A DNA stretch of 64,000 nt, taken from an uncultured Candidatus Izemoplasmatales bacterium. GTDB lineage: Bacteria > Bacillota_I > Bacilli_A > Izemoplasmatales > Izemoplasmataceae. Position numbers and translations under genes: made by a program. The notes under the pieces were generated by a model that saw nothing but the letters and a program-made list of their open reading frames with translations, made no database searches and was not told the origin of the DNA. Positions 58,019 to 64,000 of the stretch are shown piece by piece. Within the stretch, counting starts at the first letter, position 1, and each line of letters starts with the position of its first letter. Where the stretch lies: assembly GCA_964456195.1 (NCBI GenBank), contig CAYVZR010000001.1:17591-81590 (forward strand), read 5' to 3'.

Positions 58019-58085
58019 TTTTTTTGTCCAAATTCGTGTTGTTTGATATTTTATTGAATGGATACCAATACAGTAAAATGGAGAA

Positions 58086-58117
58086 TAGAAAAAGGTAATC
58101 ACATTTTGATTACCTTT
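58086..58117 (-). terminator. Terminator of the ATPase/Toprim operon
   Basis: A 10-bp stem, aaaggtaatc/gattaccttt, followed on the minus strand by TTTTC. Confidence 0.6.
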
Positions 58118-58179
58118 GATTTATGTTTTTAGATTCTTGTAAAGATAAAGAATTAAATAGATGTTTCTATTATTCTTAT

Positions 58180-58956
58180 TCACCTAAACAATAAATTTGA
58201 ATATTTCTTATAAAAAGTTTCAGGAAGTAAATCAATTATATAGAAAATAGATGTATTGATTATATATATTTCACTACTTTTTCCAAACAGTGTATTTTGT
58301 AATGTGAGTAATCTCTTTAAGTTTTCATCATTCTTAGAAATGTACTCATCTATTGTACCGCAATTATATTTCCCATTCAGAAGATAATTCATTTTCGAAT
58401 AATGGTGATATATAAAATTTATTACCACTGCAAAGTTGTACTTGTTCAAATCTGTATATGATGATTCATCTCCGACAATCCTTTTATATTCGTAACAATC
58501 TGAATGAGATACTTTACTAAGTTTGAAATTTGGATCTGGTATTCTACTCATATGTCTATAAGATTGCATCATTGGATAATTTAAAAATAGTTTTCCATAT
58601 TCTCTTGAGTCATTAAAAAAGTTATACATATCATTAATTATATCAGCACTATATTTCTGATAATGTGGATCAAAATCAAATATTAAATAAATAGATTTAT
58701 ACCTTCTACTTAATATTCTTTTTTCAGATTCATCATTACTATTTTCTTTTAGTAATCCTTGCAATGTCAAAAAATCGTCTTCTTTTAACTCAATATACAA
58801 CTTGTGCATTTCATGAATAGTTGTACTAAAAGAAAAGATTGAATAGATATTATTGCTATCAATAACTTTGTTAAGTTTTCTTAATAATTTCCCTTCATCT
58901 TCTTCACCTTCAACAATAAATAAAATATTACTGGTTACATTACCCAACAAATTCAC
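58180..58956 (-). CDS. Toprim-like (RloB/AbiLii- or DUF4435/AriB-like) putative nuclease, 258 aa
   Basis: N-terminal ILFIVEGEEDE (Toprim-type Glu) and IYLIFDFDPH ~80 aa later (DxD), then FLNYPMMQSY (compare RloB SNPxFE.W as I recall it). The GTG start overlaps the ATPase stop by 17 nt. Confidence 0.55.
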   Translation of the reverse strand: MNLLGNVTSNILFIVEGEEDEGKLLRKLNKVIDSNNIYSIFSFSTTIHEMHKLYIELKEDDFLTLQGLLKENSNDESEKRILSRRYKSIYLIFDFDPHYQKYSADIINDMYNFFNDSREYGKLFLNYPMMQSYRHMSRIPDPNFKLSKVSHSDCYEYKRIVGDESSYTDLNKYNFAVVINFIYHHYSKMNYLLNGKYNCGTIDEYISKNDENLKRLLTLQNTLFGKSSEIYIINTSIFYIIDLLPETFYKKYSNLLFR

Positions 58957-60046
58957 CTTGTTTAAATAATTTTTCTAAATTATGAGCTTCCCTAAGTTCT
59001 CTTTCTGTTAATTTCGGAAGGGATGTCAGCTTACTATTATTAATAATATAGTAACAGTCTGGTCTCAAAATGTCATTGTTTAGCAAAGTTGTGTTATGTG
59101 TTGTAAAAATTACTTGTACTTTTGCTTTACTAGAAATATCTTCCAGAATACTTTGAGCTAATTCATAATGATAGAATGCGTCAAATTCATCAACAAATAA
59201 GAATGATGCTTTTTCGAATCCCATACTCCAATAAAAATATAAAGTAAGAGATCTAGTTCCACTTGAAGCAATCTCCCAAAAACTTAACGGTCTATTTTCG
59301 TGATTACTAAGCAGGGATTCTTTTCCTGTAGCATCTTTACCCACACTTAATTTATAATCCATTCCAGCCTTTTTTAGGAATTTATCAAATTTATTTACGT
59401 ATCCCGCTTTAATTATCTTCTCCATAATAAAATCAGTTCCACTTTTGAAGCCGATATAGGATTTATCTTGAACAGATCTAAACCATAGCATATTATTTAC
59501 GAATTTCATAAGACATCCTATATACTTGTTTTGCTCTTGTCCTGGAAAAGCTGAAATATACCTCAAAATAGACTTGTCATTTTTAGGAAATTTATAATTA
59601 TAATCTTGTGCTCCTATTAGTTCAAGATCACCTTTGTCAATTTTACTATTCTTAAAATTATAAGCAAATATTTTATTTCCATTAATGAATAACTCTTCAT
59701 AAAGCAAGCTCTTAGCTGCAGTTTTCTTGTAAGAATATGTAATAATCTCACCATTAAAATCGAAAGTATAAGAAAAAGATGCATAGCCTTCTACACTATC
59801 CGCATTAAGATAATTATTAATTTGATCATTAATTTGTTGTTTATCTACTAAATGTAAAGTGATATCAAATATTGCTAGACCTAAGTTGCTTTTTCCAGTT
59901 GCGTTTTTTCCGTAAATCACCATTGTGTTAATCATATTGTTTTTAACAGCATATTGATTAAATTTATAATCCTTTTTATCACTAAAATCCAATATTAATT
60001 CATCTTTAAAATTCTTATAGTTTTTTACTTTGAATATCTTCAACAT
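58940..60046 (-). CDS. ABC-type AAA ATPase (AAA_15/AAA_21-like), 368 aa
   Basis: Walker A GKNATGKSN, signature-like SSGTRSL, Walker B FLFVDEFD and H-loop TTHN. The start is taken at ATG 60046, after GGGGTG; the track's TTG 60064 lies in the -10 box. Confidence 0.75.
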   Translation of the reverse strand: MLKIFKVKNYKNFKDELILDFSDKKDYKFNQYAVKNNMINTMVIYGKNATGKSNLGLAIFDITLHLVDKQQINDQINNYLNADSVEGYASFSYTFDFNGEIITYSYKKTAAKSLLYEELFINGNKIFAYNFKNSKIDKGDLELIGAQDYNYKFPKNDKSILRYISAFPGQEQNKYIGCLMKFVNNMLWFRSVQDKSYIGFKSGTDFIMEKIIKAGYVNKFDKFLKKAGMDYKLSVGKDATGKESLLSNHENRPLSFWEIASSGTRSLTLYFYWSMGFEKASFLFVDEFDAFYHYELAQSILEDISSKAKVQVIFTTHNTTLLNNDILRPDCYYIINNSKLTSLPKLTERELREAHNLEKLFKQGEFVG

Positions 60047-60063
60047 TTTTATCACCCCATACA

Positions 60064-60092
60064 ATAATACACCTTCCGTATATTTTTGTCAA
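60064..60092 (-). promoter_or_regulatory. Sigma-A-type promoter of the ATPase/Toprim operon (TTGACA-17-TATTAT)
   Basis: -35 at 60087-60092 and -10 at 60064-60069 on the minus strand, with 17-nt spacing. Confidence 0.55.
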
Positions 60093-60229
60093 ATCAAATG
60101 TAATTTTTCTACGGTATTTTTTTTACTATGCCTTCGACAGATTTAATAGAGGTATAATAGTCATATTAGATTATTTTTGATAGCATGATAGTTTTACAAA
60201 TAAAGGTTAGACTACTCTGAAAAAAAGAA

Positions 60230-60640
60230 ATGGCTTAAGAATGAAACTTGTCTACCCATCTTCTATAATCGATATTTTCTCTCCAAAATCCTCTGAAAAA
60301 TTTCTTTCAATATGAGCATTGTATTTTTTACTTATTGCATTAGTAATTGGCATCCCTATCCTAATTTTATAATCTATGTCCTCTCGTTTTTAAATGATGA
60401 ACAATTAAATACAAATTCTCCATTTTCTTTTTTAGATACAAGAAAATGATCTTAGGATAAGTTATGATTTCATCATTATCAATGAGTTTATCATCAATAA
60501 ATATTAGGATATTGTTCATATCAATATTAATATTATGCTCACCAACATTTGAAATAATGATATTATGTTCTCTTTTATTTGATCTTTCTGATTCAGAAAT
60601 ATCATCAAGTTCTTCTATCTCTTAAATCATATCAAAGAGA
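60230..60640 (-). pseudogene. Frameshifted/stop-interrupted relic of an unidentified gene
   Basis: Three protein-like minus-strand segments in different frames: EIEELDDISESERSNKREHNIIISNVGEHNINIDMNNILIFIDDKLIDNDEIITYPKIIFLYLKK / ENGEFVFNCSSFKNER / MPITNAISKKYNAHIERNFSEDFGEKISIIEDG. No ORF of 60 aa or more. Confidence 0.35.
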
Positions 60641-60681
60641 CATACTAGATTTAAATAAAAATCTAGTATGTCTTTTTTTTT
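60638..60681. terminator. Strong hairpin downstream of mtaB
   Basis: A 13-bp stem, agacatactagat/atctagtatgtct, with a 10-nt loop. There is a run of nine T on the + side and a moderately U-rich tail on the minus side. Confidence 0.6.
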
Positions 60682-60715
60682 ATAATGTCTGTTTTAAGGT
60701 AATACTTTCTTTGGA

Positions 60716-62008
60716 CTAGCTTATTATTTTGCCTAAAGTGTCTTTGTAAACGGCTGATTCAATTGCCACATTTTTGATTTCATTATGAAGTTTTTCATCT
60801 TTTTGAACTTTTATATAGATATAAGTACTACTGTGCCCGTATGTAAATTCTTTATCTGTTTTTTCAAAGAGAACACTTAAGTCTTTATCTTTGCTATCAG
60901 TAATGAATTTTGTTGCTAAATCAATGTTAAGATTAAGTAATTGATTTACTCGATATGATTTTACTATACCATTAATTTGATCTTTCATCTCGGCAGCTTT
61001 TGTTCCGCTTCTTTTTGAATAAGGAAAAACATGTAGTTCACTGAAACCTACTTCTTTGATAAATTCATACATTTCATTAAACATTTCATCTGTCTCAGAA
61101 GGGAAACCAACAATTACATCGGTTGTTATTGCTACTCCAGGTATCATTTTACGTAATTGTTTAATATGATCCATATATTGTTCTTTATTGTATTTTCTTT
61201 TCATTAACTTAAGTATTTCATCACTTCCACTTTGCAATGGTACATGTAGATGCTTAGCAAATACTTCATGTTTTGAAATTAAATCAATAACCTCATTTGT
61301 CAATTCACTTATTTCAATAGAAGATATTCTTAGTCTTTTCAATCCTTTTATATCTTTCAAATCATTTAGTAAGTCATAGAAACTATAATGATCTAAATCT
61401 TGCCCATAACCACCAGTATGAATCCCAGTTAAAACTATTTCATGATAGTTGTTTTCTACTAGCATCCTAGCTTCTTCTAGAATTGAATCTTTATCTCTAC
61501 TTCTAACTGGTCCTCTTGCATAAGGAATAATACAATAGGTACAAAAGTTATTACAACCATCTTGTATTTTAAGAAATGCTCTTGTGCTTTCAGTAAAATT
61601 AGTAACGCTCACCTTGTCAAATTCACGATATCTAGAAACATCTGTTACATCTAGTATCCGTTGTCTTTCATTTAAGACCTTTTTAACCATGCCAAGCAGG
61701 TTCTCACGGTGTTTTGTACCGATTACTATGTCAACTCCATCAATTGAGAAAACCTCGTCTGGCGCAAGTTGAGAATAGCATCCCATGACTGCGATTACAG
61801 CTTCAGGGTTGATTTTTATTGAATGTCTAATAGCTTTTCTGCTTTTTGAAGCACCTGAGTTAGTGACAGTGCAAGTATTAATTATATAAACATCAGCGAA
61901 TTCTTTATGATCAACTCTAGTGAATCCAGCTGTTTTGAATAATTCCCATATGCTTTCAGTCTCGTATGTATTTACTTTACATCCTAATGTATAAAACGCT
62001 ATTTTCAT
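60716..62008 (-). CDS. mtaB: tRNA t6A37 methylthiotransferase MtaB (YqeV-like radical SAM)
   Basis: 430 aa. UPF0004 N-domain (FYTLGCKVNTYE), radical-SAM CNNFCTYCIIP and a TRAM-like C-terminus. Confidence 0.85.
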   Translation of the reverse strand: MKIAFYTLGCKVNTYETESIWELFKTAGFTRVDHKEFADVYIINTCTVTNSGASKSRKAIRHSIKINPEAVIAVMGCYSQLAPDEVFSIDGVDIVIGTKHRENLLGMVKKVLNERQRILDVTDVSRYREFDKVSVTNFTESTRAFLKIQDGCNNFCTYCIIPYARGPVRSRDKDSILEEARMLVENNYHEIVLTGIHTGGYGQDLDHYSFYDLLNDLKDIKGLKRLRISSIEISELTNEVIDLISKHEVFAKHLHVPLQSGSDEILKLMKRKYNKEQYMDHIKQLRKMIPGVAITTDVIVGFPSETDEMFNEMYEFIKEVGFSELHVFPYSKRSGTKAAEMKDQINGIVKSYRVNQLLNLNIDLATKFITDSKDKDLSVLFEKTDKEFTYGHSSTYIYIKVQKDEKLHNEIKNVAIESAVYKDTLGKIIS

Positions 62009-62061
62009 TTTTCCACCTACTCATATTAATAATAATTTCCTTCTAAATTATAACACAAATC

Positions 62062-62093
62062 AAAAAAAAGATTACAAAATGTAATCTTTTTTT
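62062..62093. terminator. dnaJ terminator (bidirectional hairpin)
   Basis: Stem gattac/gtaatc between a run of eight A and a run of seven T. Confidence 0.7.
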
Positions 62094-62094
62094 G

Positions 62095-63192
62095 TTATTT
62101 TTTTATAGCTGCTTTAAACTTGTCCCAAATACTTGAATCAGTTGTTAGGTCTGTTTTAGAAAGTTCACCAAACAATTTAGTTTGTTGTCTAGAAAGTTTT
62201 TTTGGAGTTACGACATTAATAATTACATGTTCGTCTCCATTTCTTTTAGATCTAACATTTGGTGCTCCTTTACCTCTTAAACGGAAAGTAGTTTTACTTT
62301 GCGTTCCGGCAGGTACTTTTAATTTAACTTCTCCATAAGGAGTTGGTATTTTAACAGTATCACCCATTGCTGCTTGAACAAATGTAATAGGAACTTCGAT
62401 AATTAAATCATCATTGTGTCTTTCATATAAAGGATGTTTTCTAACATTAAATAGAATGTATAAATCACCTGATGGACCACCATTTTGACCTTTGTTACCA
62501 TAACCTTCAAGTCTAATTTGTTGTCCACTATCAATTCCAACTGGAACTTTAACTTCAATTTCCTTGTTGTGTGATTCAATACCTTCACCATTACAAGTGG
62601 CGCATTTTCTAGTTACTTCTTTACCTGTACCATTACAAAGTGGACATGTAGTTTGTGTTCTGGTAGTACCAAATAATGATTGTTGTTGAACTATTACAGT
62701 ACCTTTACCATGACATTTACTACAAGTTTTAACATCTTTTTTCGAATAAGCCCCTGTTCCATGACAAGTATGACATTCATCATGAACTGTTACTTTTATA
62801 TGTTTTTTTGCTCCAAAAATTGATTCTTCAAAAGCGATATTCATTCTCTTTTGAATATCTTGACCTTTTCTTGCTCTATTTGATGTTCTTGGAGATCCTC
62901 CTCCACCAAAAAAGCTTGAGAAGATATCGTTTATATCAAAATCAAAACCAGAAGAATTGAATCCTTGTCCATTATTTGCTTGATGACCAAAACGGTCATA
63001 TTGACCTTTTTTCGAAGAGTCACTTAGAACCTCGTAAGCTTCTTGAACTTCCTTAAATTTGGCTTCAGCATTGTCTTCAGATGAAACATCAGGATGATAT
63101 TTTTTTGCAAGTGTACGATAAGCTTTCTTCACATCTGCTTCATTTGCACTCTTATCAATTCCTAATACTTCATAGTAATCTCTTTTACTCAT
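62095..63192 (-). CDS. dnaJ: Chaperone DnaJ
   Basis: J domain with HPD, a G/F region and four CxxCxGxG zinc repeats. Confidence 0.95.
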   Translation of the reverse strand: MSKRDYYEVLGIDKSANEADVKKAYRTLAKKYHPDVSSEDNAEAKFKEVQEAYEVLSDSSKKGQYDRFGHQANNGQGFNSSGFDFDINDIFSSFFGGGGSPRTSNRARKGQDIQKRMNIAFEESIFGAKKHIKVTVHDECHTCHGTGAYSKKDVKTCSKCHGKGTVIVQQQSLFGTTRTQTTCPLCNGTGKEVTRKCATCNGEGIESHNKEIEVKVPVGIDSGQQIRLEGYGNKGQNGGPSGDLYILFNVRKHPLYERHNDDLIIEVPITFVQAAMGDTVKIPTPYGEVKLKVPAGTQSKTTFRLRGKGAPNVRSKRNGDEHVIINVVTPKKLSRQQTKLFGELSKTDLTTDSSIWDKFKAAIKK

Positions 63193-63252
63193 AATTCCAC
63201 CTCATATTATAACGATATGAAGCAGGTAACCCTGCTTCATATATTATTTAAT

Positions 63253-64000
63253 TTAAACTTCTTCGTATTCTGCATCAACGATTGTTTCATCATCGTCTTT
63301 GCTTTCTTCTTCTGTTGTATCTGCTCCATTTGCATTTTGTGCAGCTTCTTGTGCTTTTTGTGCTTGCTCATATGCTTTGGTAGCTAAGGCTTGAGCTAAA
63401 GTATTTAGTTCTTCTTTTTTAGCTTTAATTTCTTCTAAGTCTGTTCCTTTTAATGCTTCTTTAAGTTCATCACTTTTTGCTTCTGCATCTTTTTTCTCAT
63501 CTTCACTTACGCTTTCACCTAAATCAGTGATTGCTTTAGAAGTTGCAAAGATTAATTGATCTGCTTCATTTCTAAGGTCTGCTTCTTCTTTTAATAGTTT
63601 ATCTGCATCAGCATTTTCTTCAGCATCATGAACCATTTTCTCAATATCAGAATCTGATAATCCAGAGTCATTTTGGATAGTGATGCTTTGTGATTTACCT
63701 GTTCCTAGATCTTTCGCTTTAACATTAACAATACCATTCGCATCAATATCAAATGATACTTCTATTTGAGGAATTCCACGTGGTGCTGGTGGGATATCCG
63801 TTAATTGGAATCGTCCAAGTGTTTTGTTTTGGTTTGCCATAGGTCTTTCACCTTGTAATACATGTAAGTCTACAGCTGGTTGATTTGCTGCTGCTGTTGA
63901 GAATATTTGTGATTTTGATGTTGGAATAGTTGTATTTCTTTCAATTAACTTAGTAAATACACTACCTAGTGTTTCAATTCCTAGTGATAATGGTGTAACG
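63253..64000 (-). CDS. dnaK: Chaperone DnaK, C-terminal part (gene continues past the window end)
   Basis: ...[34 protein letters not shown]... The reading frame stays open upstream of the track's internal Met, up to position 64000. Confidence 0.95.
   Translation of the reverse strand, partial: VTPLSLGIETLGSVFTKLIERNTTIPTSKSQIFSTAAANQPAVDLHVLQGERPMANQNKTLGRFQLTDIPPAPRGIPQIEVSFDIDANGIVNVKAKDLGTGKSQSITIQNDSGLSDSDIEKMVHDAEENADADKLLKEEADLRNEADQLIFATSKAITDLGESVSEDEKKDAEAKSDELKEALKGTDLEEIKAKKEELNTLAQALATKAYEQAQKAQEAAQNANGADTTEEESKDDDETIVDAEYEEV

Noticed and set aside
1-64000. Mollicute genetic code 4 (TGA = Trp), and the presence of CRISPR arrays, rRNA genes or intact tRNA genes
   Set aside because: All long conserved genes are full length under the standard code, and TGA is used as a stop (for example at 39318-39320). 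No regularly spaced direct repeats, no rRNA-like sequence and no complete cloverleaf were found. The only tRNA-like sequences are the two 3' halves.

Overview
Low-GC (roughly 30%) bacterial chromosome segment. It uses the standard genetic code: every long conserved gene is intact with no in-frame TGA. Gene content and order match the Bacillus-type blocks lepA / pnp-rpsO-ribF-truB / recJ-apt-relA-dtd-hisS-aspS / parE-parC-plsY / dnaK-dnaJ-mtaB-rpsU-phoH-ybeY-cdd-era-recO-glyQS-dnaG-sigA-trmK-nif3. This fits a Firmicutes-derived, Acholeplasma- or Erysipelotrichia-like organism, but taxonomy cannot be fixed from the sequence alone. About 90% of genes are on the minus strand and most intergenic gaps are under 100 bp. 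RNA and regulatory features found by eye are a type-B RNase P RNA (hidden under spurious track ORFs), a T-box leader ahead of hisS-aspS, and many Rho-independent terminators and extended -10 promoters. Two real genes are too short for the ORF track: rpsU and a 55-aa 2x[4Fe-4S] ferredoxin. Two small accessory patches interrupt the housekeeping synteny. (1) About 12.8-18.2 kb holds a truncated MATE gene, a possible IS3 OrfA relic, orphan genes, a fossil 3' half of tRNA-Arg(UCU) with its terminator and a 16-bp inverted repeat, a lipoprotein with four PPC-type repeats, and a YolD + Y-family polymerase cassette. (2) About 57.2-60.7 kb lies between rpsU and mtaB and holds a very basic membrane-anchored orphan protein, a second diverged copy of the same tRNA 3' half, a self-contained two-gene operon (ABC-type AAA ATPase + Toprim/RloB-like protein), and a frameshifted gene relic. 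The ATPase/Toprim operon is the best candidate for a phage-defence-type system (split-OLD / AbiL / PARIS-like); its subtype cannot be assigned without HMM or structure searches. No CRISPR array, rRNA gene, intact tRNA gene or intact mobile element was seen. All calls rest on manual reading of motifs. RNA and regulatory coordinates are approximate to a few nucleotides.
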